Positions 1 to 11,630 of a DNA stretch of 64,000 nucleotides are shown one piece after another. Under the pieces are notes generated by a model. It did no database searches and had not been told where the DNA came from. It saw only the letters and a list, made by a program, of their open reading frames with translations. The stretch is taken from the NCBI RefSeq assembly GCF_006345805.1, contig NC_043009.1:67580001-67644000 (forward strand), read 5' to 3'. Each line of letters starts with the position of its first letter. Positions within the stretch are counted from its first letter, which is position 1. Position numbers and translations under genes: made by a program. The stretch comes from Octopus sinensis (lineage: Eukaryota).

Positions 1-326
1 ACACACTCACATACACACGAACGCAAGCACGCCTTCTTCAGTCACCACAACTAAAAATATGTACCTTGAAACTGAATTCCTCACACCTCCTGTTCACAAT
101 GGTGCTTAGCAACAACACACAAATTTACAATTGTAAGAAATATGAGCCAATGATGGAACACTCCAATACGATCCTCTCGAAGAAGGATACAACGGAACAT
201 GTAGTCATAGATACACCCTGTCTGACAAAGTAAAAGATAACAAGGCCGAAACAGAACATATTTTTAATCTTAGGTCTACTCTATTAGAGCTGACCTGTGC
301 TAAATAACGCCAATAATTTATTATGT

Positions 327-665
327 GAAGGTACATTGCTCAGTGATTAGAGCGTCGGGCTCACAGTCATGAGGTAGTGAGTTCGATTCTCGGACCGGAC
401 TGTGTGTTGTGTTCTTGAGCAAGACACTTTATTTCACTTTGCTTCAGTGCATTCAGCTGTAGAAATGAGTTGCGACGTCACTAGTGCCAAGCTGTATCGG
501 GCCCTTTGCTTTTCCCTTGGATAACATCGATGGCGTGGAGAGATGAGATTGTTATACTTGGACGACTACTGGCCTTCCATAAACAACCTTGTTCGGATTT
601 GTGCCTCGGGAGGTAACTTTGTAGGTACAATCCCAAGGTCATTCAGGACCAACGGGGTTCTTTAG
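327..665 (+). mobile_element. tRNA-derived SINE, family E
   Basis: Pol III A box (TGCTCAGTGATTAGAGC) and B box (GTTCGATTCTC), followed by TTGTGTTCTTGAGCAAGACACTTTATTTCAC. The same head and body occur inverted at 16935-17208. Confidence 0.8.
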
Positions 666-1192
666 TTCGAATTTGTATATCTTTATGTTAACTAAACATT
701 CTAGGTAAGAACCTGTGGGTCAAGGTGCTTAACTATCCACGGAACCGCATCACACACACTTAAACATATTACACTTCATAAAATATCAATAAATTTGCAC
801 TATATCGTTCACTGCTTCACTACAATCTCTGGACCTTTGACGTGCTGTTTCCTCACTTTCCCTTTTCCATCACAATTACAGTGTGGTGAGCACTGCTCCA
901 TACGTTCGTTACCGGTTGGTTACATTCCACGGCAGCGGCCATGCTGGAGCACTGCCTTACAGGGTTGTAGTTGTCGATCAGCCACACCTTAATTATAAGA
1001 ATAGTATTTATCGATATCCAGCAAAGGGATTAGTCCCACTGTATGATAACATTTGGTAGCCGATAACTGGGGAGGAGCTTTGGAAACCACACTATAAAGT
1101 TATTACCTACTTTATATATATATATATTATATTATATGCGTATATATGTATGTTTGTGTATAAATATGTATGTATATACATGTGTATATATG

Positions 1193-1225
<33 letters not shown>

Positions 1226-1229
1226 ATAA

Positions 1230-1613
1230 TAAAGGCTAAAATGAATTAATCAATTAGTAATTAATAATTCCACCAAGTAGAATTCGGCATGAAAAAGGAC
1301 CATTTTTCGGTAAACTTTAAAATTATTTTATAATTACGAGTATAATTATTATTAGAGTTCAGCAAAGATTTGCTTTACCACATACCGAAGTTTAGAAATA
1401 GCAGTCAAAGAACCTTATCTATTTCTTCTACTATAAGAAGAGACTGTCTGCGTGGGTTATTTCGAGTATTTTGTTTTTGTTTTATCCGGGAGTCTCTTCT
1501 TATAATAGAAGAAATAGCTAAGGTTCTTTGACTGCTATTTCTAAACTTCCGGTATGTGGTAAAGCAAATCTTTACTGAACCCTAATTATAATTATACTCG
1601 TAATTATAAAATA
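1230..1613. mobile_element. PLE-like terminal repeat with fold-back (arms 1324-1445 and 1491-1613)
   Basis: ~122-bp inverted arms read directly, flanked by (TG)n/(TA)n. Head and arm are homologous to 60466-60996. The PLE assignment is inference. Confidence 0.55.
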
Positions 1614-1620
1614 TTGTTGT

Positions 1621-1706
<86 letters not shown>

Positions 1707-1918
1707 AGTGATAGTATCTACGCATGACATCTCAAAAAACGAATGTACTGCAGAATAATGTCATATTTTCTCCCTTATTATGAGGTGATTACGTAACATT
1801 GTATGAATGGCATAACACTGTACGAGATATGAAATGAAAATATTGTCCGGTTACCGAAACAGCTGCAATGTCAAGCTGACTTCCCTCATTTAAATTGTAC
1901 ATACATACATATATATAT

Positions 1919-2018
<100 letters not shown>

Positions 2019-2326
2019 ATATGTTTACCTAACTATAAATATGCGTTACAAAGATAGAAGCTTACGAACAGAAGATATTTTCGGTCAAGCAAGGTAAGTT
2101 ATATTTAAATTGCGGCAAACATATTTAATGTAGTGACCCGTTCAAATATCTAATTAGAAAACAACTTACTTGGTTAGAAAACACAAATTAGCGTTAAAAT
2201 ATCTAATTAGAAATACTTAGGTGTGAAAAAAAGACATTAGTTTCGTCACTGACATTATTTTAATTACTTAAGCAAGTACGCTTCATTATATATATATATA
2301 TATATATTACATATATTACATATAAT

Positions 2327-2406
<80 letters not shown>

Positions 2407-2407
2407 G

Positions 2408-2478
<71 letters not shown>

Positions 2479-2661
2479 TGTATTCATGATGTATGTGTGC
2501 ATGGGTGTATACACACACGCACACGAACGTGACTTCAGTCTTTTTCTTCTCATATTTTTAGTATATTTTTACCCGAAGACCTTCAACAGTTTGTCTAGCG
2601 TAACGTGTTACTGTAATGTTATGATTGCAATAGTGCAGGAATATATACTTCCAGTCTCAGT

Positions 2662-2704
<43 letters not shown>

Positions 2705-3253
2705 ATGGCTCATATTTGCATATTCATAACCTACATCTATCTTTTTGTGTATCTACTGTCTTTCTTTCTCATTTTGTCATATATCTCTCTATCTATATCA
2801 CCTTCTCTCTCTCACTCACTCTCTCTCTCTCTCTCTCTCTCCATCTCCACAAAAACACATACAAACATAAAATGACAATAGCAGTTTGGCTGAGACCAAA
2901 GTAATTTTCAGAGTTTAGATTAATATCAATGATTAGTAAATCAAACTATGGCCATCGAGAAAGAAAGTCGAGTACGTGGTTAACCACCAGGTTTACCATT
3001 TCACAGCCAGATTAAATGATGTGTGTGTTACTAGAAAGTGTATGAAACTTCGTAATTAATAAACAAAAACATTTAACCTGTAACTTCAAATCATATTTTC
3101 TATTCGTATTATTTTATAAATTCAAATTTCTAATCCCGCCACATATGAAGAAATGATTATGTCCCTTTGTAATAACACCCATCTTTAGAAAACCCACTTT
3201 TATACTCTCTTGAATTGGCAAAATATTTCTGTTCATCGCAGTCACGTTTATTG

Positions 3254-3515
3254 CTGTGGTTCTCTCAACCGGGGTACACATGACCCCCAGGGGTACACAT
3301 GACCTAAAGGGGTCTTTCTAAGATTTTGCTGTTAAAATTTAAGGGGCCATAGACTGGTTATATTCCTACAATACACAAAATATTTAAACAGTTTTCTATA
3401 CAATTCCTAATAATATTTAATCACAAAAATACAATAGGATTTTTTGGATATCGGATGACAATGGGGGTCCGCACAAGTAAAATAGTAATGAAAGGGGTCC
3501 TTAGGTAAGAAATGA
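3254..3515 (+). mobile_element. hAT (Charlie-type) MITE remnant
   Basis: Starts CTGTGGTTCTCTCAACC, resembling a CAGTGGTTCTCAAC TIR. Body is homologous to the inverted copy at 15405-15569. Confidence 0.6.
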
Positions 3516-4167
3516 GTCAGGTCTCCTGATTTATTACAGGTATTGATTAATCCACGTTACCAACACTTGTACGATCATACAAAACGATTTAATTCTATCC
3601 AGGATTTGTAAATGTACAAATAGCTATAAATGTATAATTTCTCTGTAGTCAGTAAACGGGTGTCCAGTCTTTCATAAGACATTAATAACAACTTGAAATA
3701 TTCAAACAGTTTCATTTTTGTACCCGCAGAAAACCAAAAAGATAAAAATCCTCGTTTCAATCACGATATCTAAATAGCAAACGTAAATAGTGTTTGTTGA
3801 GCAATGATGACGCTCTTATGTTTATCTTACATTACTAATTATCCGATCCTTGTGCTTCGCTCCCGTTAATTAATTGATTATATAACAAACATATTACTTC
3901 TGTGTAATTATAAATATCAGTATCTTTTATACACTGACGATGTTTCCCTGCAAGATTTGGGTTTATAATTAGCAAGCAAATGTACACAAGCGTACTAAAA
4001 TAGGAAAATAAGCCGTGCCATATATGACTGTTGGTGACAAGCAAGCAGAAAAAAAAGAGCATCCAGATGATTTCTGAATATGCTAGAAACAGCAGCTAAA
4101 TTTTCTAAACCCATACAAATGTGACCATTTAAAAAAGTACACATTGGCTAATGTATTCCACAACACA

Positions 4168-4385
4168 CCATTGGTTTCAAGGTTTGGCAGAAGGCCAGCA
4201 ATTTCAGGAAGGGAGTAAGTCCATTACATCAACTCCGGTTTTCAATTGGTACTTATTTTATTGACCTCGAAAGAATGAAAGGCAAGGTCTAACTCAGTGG
4301 AATTTGAATTGAGAACATAAAAACTAACGAAATGCCTCTAAGCATTTTGCCCGGCGTATCAATGATATTGTCAGCTTGCCGCCTT
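4168..4385 (-). mobile_element. SINE family B (B2 tail), diverged
   Basis: Reverse complement of the GGCGGCGAGCTGGCAG...GAGTTCAAATTCC...CTTTCATCCTTTCGGGGTCGAT consensus. Confidence 0.75.
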
Positions 4386-5094
4386 TCCAGAGACAACGAG
4401 CAAAGATGATTTGAGCCTAAACAACGACAACGAGAGGCAAATAACGAAAACAATTCCAACGACGACGTCTCCATAATTTTTTTTTTTTTTTTTTGGACTA
4501 TTAATTTCATTTTGCGGCTGTAAATATTAAAATAATGTTCATCTTTAAAGATGTGTTTAATAGCCTGAAAATGTTAATCATAGTAACAACTTATTTTCAG
4601 ACATTTAGATACTTAATCAGCATATATTTCCGCCTGAATGACCTTAGATCTCTATTTCAACTTAACCTATGTCCTGTCTAAAGGACATACTTTAAGCAAA
4701 ATTAGATCAGTAACTGAGTTAATGATCTTATAACTGCTAAAATGTTGCTGATAGTTTTCTGGCTGTCACTTAGTCCTGGGGTCAAACTTGAGCGAGGAGA
4801 CCTATCATTTTTCAAATTTAGTCGATCCATTGCCATAACATTTCAGTAGGTCTCTCCTAAACAGTATTTTCTTGTATGCACTGCCCATTTTTTTAAAGAT
4901 GTTAGCATGTGATTGGATGGGAAAATGCTGCTATTTCTAGCAACTCAAGTAAAATCGTAGACGCTCTTTCACAGATCCGAATGCTGGGTCGAAGGGTTGT
5001 TGTTATTTTTCAACTGCAGGTCACCCTCACTAAATAAATTGCATTACAAAGAGTATTCCAGACGTTATTATCCTGTATAATGTATGTAGTTATG

Positions 5095-5153
<59 letters not shown>

Positions 5154-5155
5154 TA

Positions 5156-5190
<35 letters not shown>

Positions 5191-5249
5191 GTTTGTATAT
5201 ATATATATGTGTGTGGTGTGTGTGTGTGTGTGTGTGTAATACCCCCTAA

Positions 5250-5460
5250 AAACGAAGAAAAATACAAGAAGAAGAAAACAACAATGTGGGGACGTGGTAC
5301 ATATAAATTATTAACAGGCGCTCAGGGAAGGAAAGAAAGTTAGTTTTACGTTTTCAGCAAAGCTCTTCTTCAGAAACAGGAGACAGAGGAAAGTCTAATA
5401 GAAAGGAAGACGGAGGGAAAAATCGCCAACAATCCACATGTAGTTACATTTTGAAATGTA
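5250..5460 (-). mobile_element. PLE-type terminal repeat carrying a degenerate hammerhead-like motif
   Basis: Minus strand 5377-5343 reads GTTT-CTGAAGA-A-GAGC-TTT-GCT-GAAAA-CGTA-AAAC. Related to 60150-60350 and 48170-48280. Abuts (TG)n/(TA)n. Confidence 0.55.
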
Positions 5461-5495
<35 letters not shown>

Positions 5496-6769
5496 CTAAA
5501 TTGTCTTCCGTGTCTCTGCAAAAACGTATCATTCATAAGAAACCGCTTCTCAAACCTACATAAATACTTAGGCTTTTTAACGTTCATAATATTAAAGCTG
5601 GTTATTCATGTCTAGATACCATTGTTTTCAGCTTTGCTAACTTCCATAGAATAAAGTCAATCACCGAGGCAAATATATCCTAGGTGCTGCAACTAGACAA
5701 ATCCGCCTGCAGCCGTGCAAATCAATCCATCAGCCGAACAACGAGCTCTGATATTACAAGACATACTTTCATAGGACCAACATCTTTCTACTTGAGGGTA
5801 TCCGGTGATACATCTTTTAAGTTGTATCACAAACTAATGATATATATGAATGTAAGCATACTGGATGTGTGTGTGTGTGTGTGTGTATGTGTGTAAACAT
5901 GTATGTATTTAAGCAATCTTTTACATATATCTAAGTATGAACGCGCGCGGTCATATTAAACAGTACACTTGTATATCAATACTTGATTTAAAATGGATAC
6001 AACTCAAATGCGAAGACTCATAAGATCTCTTTAAAGAACTACGGAAGACTACCTGATTCACTAAATAAGATTTTTCTTTTTCTGATGACAATTTTAGATA
6101 TTTCCAAAATATTTTATGTACCTTGCAGTATTTTAAATGTCAAAAGTATTCGGAAATTAATTATACAGCATAAGGCATAATACAAAACATTTAAATTTGT
6201 AACTTGCTGATGTAAAGCAAAGAATTACTTTGAACATTCATATCAACAACAAATATTCATAAGAAATATTTCACTTCTTCGGTGTCTTCAGACATTCATT
6301 TATGATTGCGTTATATACACACGTATACACACATTTATTGACATATATCTGGAATATGTAACACACTGCCTAAATACCAATCTTGAGAAATTAGGCTTCT
6401 GAAAACCAGAAAGGAGAAAGCTAATTCGGAGACTACAGATCCAATCCATCCCTGGAACTTAAAAATCTGTAAAACTTTCCAGAAGTTTATCATTTAAATA
6501 TATATAAGCATGTCTAGATATGCAACTATATGCTTGAGAATACCCGAATCTACTAACGTTTTTTTTTTAAATACTTAATAACGTTATGTTTATCATTTAT
6601 GCAGTCATCAAAATTGTTATAATGTTTTGTTTGAGATAGGCTCTCTTCCTGATGAGAAGATTGCATTTTACATCGTTTATTCCTTTGGAATAAAACCAAT
6701 GTTGTCTTTGAAACATATGTCGAAAGTAAAAGAATTTGAATAGCATCTGCGTTCGACTCCATTTATTTA

Positions 6770-6827
<58 letters not shown>

Positions 6828-6836
6828 TATATATAT

Positions 6837-6867
<31 letters not shown>

Positions 6868-7078
6868 GTATATATAGATAGATAGATAGATAGATATAGA
6901 TATATATGTATGTATATATACATATATATGAATAATATATATATGTATATATGTATATATACATATATATATACATAGATATAGACAGAGATATGTAATA
7001 TATATATATAAAGTATTTGTCTATGCATTATATATGCATGTATGTATATATAAATACATATACAAGGATATGCGTATG

Positions 7079-7115
<37 letters not shown>

Positions 7116-8043
7116 ATATATGTATGTATACATATATATATATGTATATATATGTATGTATACTTATATATCTATATATATATAACTTAAATATACTAAA
7201 CGAAATCTGCCAACAGACTTCGCCAATTGTATACGCAAATACATGTGCACACGTGATGACGTTGTTTATGAACCTAACTAACTTATATCCATACTCAAGT
7301 AATTTACGGTCGCACATACACACAAAATGCTCGCCATCCACTACAGAGGCTACATTTTCATTCACATAGAATATAATTCACAACATTTATTTAAATTGGA
7401 ATCTCGAAGATAATCGCTCGATGTATAAAACTAAATTGCTTGTTGCTGGAATGGTTACATTCTTCTGTTACGGTTTTGTTTTATTTTACCTTTTGTTTGT
7501 TTGTTAGTCTCTTTTTCTTTAAAAATCAATATTTTATTGGCGTCAATTCGCTCGACGTTTTTCTCCATTTCATTATTCTGGAGTCGCTGCGATTTTTGAT
7601 ATCCAAATTTTTAAGAGACGAATAATATACGATAGTTTCGTGATAGTTTCTATACTGAGTTGTTTCTAATAAAAATGATAATAATGGACGAATTATTCTA
7701 TCATCTCCGTGTTTCATAATTCTATCATCGTTGATAGAAATTAGTTTTATTCTGATTTGTATTTTCTATAATAGTTTGCGATCTTCGGATTTTATATAAC
7801 CAGGGACAGTTATCTAAATAGATAAGATAGTTAACTTTTTACTTTAATTTTCGAAACAAATCCAAGCAACGTTAAAATAATTTTTACCTATATGACACAT
7901 GTAACCCATGTATATCGTTGAACAGTCGTAGGCTACAGTGGAAATCTCGGGAAAGATCCCTTTATAAACGTAGTGAGATAAAAATCGTAAAACTATATTT
8001 CAGAGCTAAACTGAAACAAATCATCTCGGAAGCAACAGCGAGA

Positions 8044-8087
8044 GTAACAGACGCGCATTTCGCAGCACTGCACCTCGTCAGTGCTAC
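8044..8087 (-). ncRNA. Minimal type I hammerhead ribozyme (candidate)
   Basis: GUAGCA-CUGACGA-GGU-GCA(GUGC)UGC-GAAA-U(GCGC)G-UC^-UGUUAC. Both core boxes are exact, stem I is 6 bp (one G-U), the stem III loop GCGC is palindromic and the cleavage triplet is GUC. Stem II is imperfect. Confidence 0.65.
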
Positions 8088-8108
8088 GCACTCGAATCAC
8101 CTCTGTCA

Positions 8109-8168
8109 TGACGTCATCTCGGCCAGTCTAAATTATAAAAAAAATGAATTAATAAATAATTCACTGGT
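8109..8168 (+). promoter_or_regulatory. Candidate CRE-TATA-Inr core promoter
   Basis: TGACGTCA at 8109-8116, TATAAAA at 8134-8140 and Inr-like TTCACT with the A at 8163 (29 nt from the TATA start). Locally CpG-rich. Confidence 0.35.
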
Positions 8169-8825
8169 CTTACAATGATGCCTCCAAGGCTGAATTAATT
8201 TGAAATAAAAGTAGATCGAGATTTATCTATATGACATAATTGATTTTTTTCTTCGTTTAAAGATTTCTGAACGTGTATTGTACAACGTTGAATTTATGAT
8301 CTTCATTCTAGAAATTCCAATGTTTATGTGATAGTATTTCATAGCCATTTATTGTCTTCTGAGTATGATTATAACTGAAGTGTTTATCTGCTTGTCTGCG
8401 AAAAATTGCGTTTTTGGTTCTCGAGTTATGGAGTTTAGAAGATGACGTTGCTTACATCTCGTTTTAAAAAGTATTCGAAAAGATTTTCCTCTTCACTGTA
8501 GATACGGCGGTTTACAATACTATTATTTATATGAAATCTAAACCATTGCTGACTGTCTTTGATTTCACTTTAATTAAATTAAAATCAATAAAACATATCG
8601 TTCTTTGCTTTACGGCGAGACTCTAGCAATAGCGTTGTAAAAGAAATGATAATTCTTAACTTGTAAAGATATCCTCACCTCGTGTGTATGGATACAAAAT
8701 TGCAACAATTATGTGTGGCTGTGTAGTATTGGTATATGGTTTCCTCTCGGGTGGCCTGAAAAACCATGCAAATATTGATGTTGGTGAATATGATATTCAC
8801 ACAGACTATAATCATGATGATTATA

Positions 8826-9260
8826 GGCGCAGGAGCGGTAAGTAGCTTGCTTACCAACCACATGGTTCTGGGTTCAGTCCCACTGTGTGGCATCTTGGGA
8901 AAGTGTCTTCTGCTATAGACGCGGGACGACCAGAGCCTTATGAATGGATTTGGTTGACAAGAAAGAAGCCCATCGTGTGTATGTATATATATATGTGTGT
9001 GTGCGTGTGTATGTGTGTGACTGTGAGACTGTGTGTATGTGTGCGCGCGCGCGCGTTTGTGTGCCTGTGTTTGTCCCCACAACTTCGCTTGACAACTGAT
9101 GCTGGTGTGTTTGCGTCCCCGTAACTTAGCGGTTCGGCAAAAGAGACCAATAGAATAAGTACTAGGCTGACAAAGAATAAGTCCTGGGGTCGATTTGTTC
9201 GACGATTAAAGGTGGTGCTCCAGCATGGCCGCAGTCAAATGACTGAAACAAATAAAAGAC
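8826..9260 (+). mobile_element. tRNA-derived SINE family A, near full length
   Basis: GGCGCAGGAG...GGTTCAGTCCCACTG head, internal (TA)/(TG) tract and CAGCATGGCCGCAGTCAAATGACTGAAAC tail; multiple copies in the window. Confidence 0.9.
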
Positions 9261-10580
9261 TATATTAGTGTCAAAAGTGATGATTTCTACTAATTTCTTG
9301 GCAGCATTGTTTTTTTTGTTTTTTTAATGCTGTTTACACAAATTGGATACAATATAAGTTTTAATAGGAAAATAAGACAAGGTGCGAATATATTCAGCGC
9401 TCCGTTTGCTTGCCATGCTGGCATTTACTTATTTATTTAGGTTCGTGTTTCGTGTTTTATATCCGTAAATCTGTCAAAATATCGCATTTCTTTCAAATCC
9501 TCATTGAATCTTCGCGTGGGAAAATTCCATCACGACGCAGCGAATTAGTAAACCACAGAACTATTTTCAGTTCTCACCTGTTGCCTGTTCTGTGAGTAGA
9601 ATAGTTTCAACGTCTTATTCAAAGCAGAGCAGTGACAGTGAATAAACTTATGTGAATTACTCTGCGATAAAGGGAGTAGAATTTCTTATTAGAAGTAGTA
9701 CGACATGGAAGGAATGTAAGAAACGTTAACGGAGTGAAGGTCAAATTAACCAGTTTTATAGAGAATCAGACACGGTCAATGTCGGACGAAATGCTCTTCG
9801 ATATTTACTGCTATTGATTCGTGGAATCTTCTTCCATAGTAAAAATCGGACAAAATTGTTTAATGTTCTTCCATATATTTGGTTTCTTGAAAGCATGTTC
9901 GAACATCGTTAGAATTACGATTTTATTTTCTAGCCACTCGAAAAGTAAAGTCTTCTATGTTGGTGACCCAAGTTACATTAGAATTATTACGAAAATCACA
10001 TATTTTGTTTATGTACCTTGGAGAAAAGAAATATCTCGTGTTTAAAGCACAACCATTCAGCAGAGAATGAAAAAAATATAAAAAGACACGTATTCGTAAA
10101 CTGATATGATAAAAAAAAATGGTTTATTTTTTTCTGTCAGTATACGAAGCCAAGATAAGTGAGTAGCATATAATGTTTCATAAGAAAAAGAAAACTACAT
10201 TCTGTTCGCTTCAGAATAAATGATATTCTTTCTTACATAAGTCCAATGCCTCAGATTCTGCACGGAATAGAGAAGCTAATGCGAAGCAACCAACTTGTAC
10301 TACCAGTTCGCGATTTCTGGTTTCGAATCAACAGCCTTTGAGTCGTTGACCATCTTCGTGTGTTACTCATATAAATAAGACTTATGCCAAAACCATAGAA
10401 ATATTTCACTCATCCGCTGGATTCGCGGAAACTTGGTCTGAGAACTGTTGCAATTGACTATCATAGCTCTCTTGTTGAGAATATGTGAATCTGTATTCTT
10501 CAAATTTGATTAAACCAAAAAAAAGAAAAGAAAAAGAAACACAACGAAGGGGTCGAAAATAAATTGACTGATATAAACAT

Positions 10581-10779
10581 TTACTCTTTTACTTGTTTCA
10601 GTTACTTTGACTGCGGCCATGCTGGAGCACCGCCTTTAGTCGAGCAAATCGACCACAAGACTTATTCTTTGTAAGCCTAGTACTTATTCTCTTTTGCCGA
10701 ACCGCTAAGTTACAGGGACATAAACACACCAACATCAGTTGTCAAGTGATGTTGGAGGGACAAACTCCGACACACAAAC

Positions 10780-10835
<56 letters not shown>

Positions 10836-10998
10836 GACGGGCTTCTTTCAGTTTCCATCTACTAAATCCACTCACAAGGCCTTGGTTGGCCCGAGGCTAA
10901 AGTAGGAGACACTTGCCCAAGGTACCACGCAGTGGGACTGAACCCGGAACCATGTGTTTGGTAAGCAATCTACTTACCACACAGCCACTCCTGCGCCT
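10581..10998 (-). mobile_element. SINE family A, full length
   Basis: Reverse complement of the 8826 and 41212 copies, including the (GAGTAAAA) tail. Confidence 0.9.
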
Positions 10999-11361
10999 AT
11001 AAATAAAATAAATATTGTTTTATTCATATGTTCGAAATATTCGGAATTTTAGAGAAGCGTTTGCTGATGAGGTGTTCATGTTTGTTAATTTAGGTTTTGA
11101 GTTCAAATGCTCCCAAGGCTGGTTATACTTTTCATTTTTCATTTTGCAGAATCGATGAAATAAATTCTTGGAAAGTACTATGATCTATGAAATTGACTGG
11201 TTTCTCAAGCAAATGTGTGTGTTACTACCTTTGAAACCATCCATAATTAGCATAAATTTTTTTATGATTTGAGAGGTGTTATTGCCAGGCGATCGATTTG
11301 ATCTGAGATTGTGTATTGAAACTAACATCATTGCAAGCACATATTTGTCATTAAACACACA

Positions 11362-11392
<31 letters not shown>

Positions 11393-11421
11393 GCGCGCAC
11401 AAAGCCTGTTAATTTCACTTA

Positions 11422-11630
11422 CGAGGGGGCTGTTAAAACTTTCGTGGCTTTAAGGGTGTCGCGAAAGAGCTAGCTGGATGCCCAACCTTCCTTCTTCTTT
11501 TACAGGGCTTAGAAAAACCGAAGGACGGCTGCAATAAGTGTGTAAATCTGAGAGGCTAATATGTTGAATAAACCATTGCTAACAGATTTTCCTGTATTTT
11601 CTTTTACAGGAACTTTTCTACACGCCCTCG
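11422..11630 (+). mobile_element. mariner-derived MITE
   Basis: TA-flanked TIRs CGAGGGGGCTGTTAAAA / TTTTCTACACGCCCTCG. The interior encodes LQGLEKPKDGCNKCVNLRG*YVE*, resembling a mariner transposase C-terminus. Second copy at 30376-30565. Confidence 0.75.

Noticed and set aside
215-260. CTGACAAAG...GGCCGAAAC as a hammerhead
   Set aside because: The core box is wrong (CTGACAA) and no stem II or stem I can be formed.
9440-9600. Possible plus-strand first exon ending CT|GTGAGT
   Set aside because: Only a donor-like hexamer and some CpG retention support it; no linked coding exon was found.
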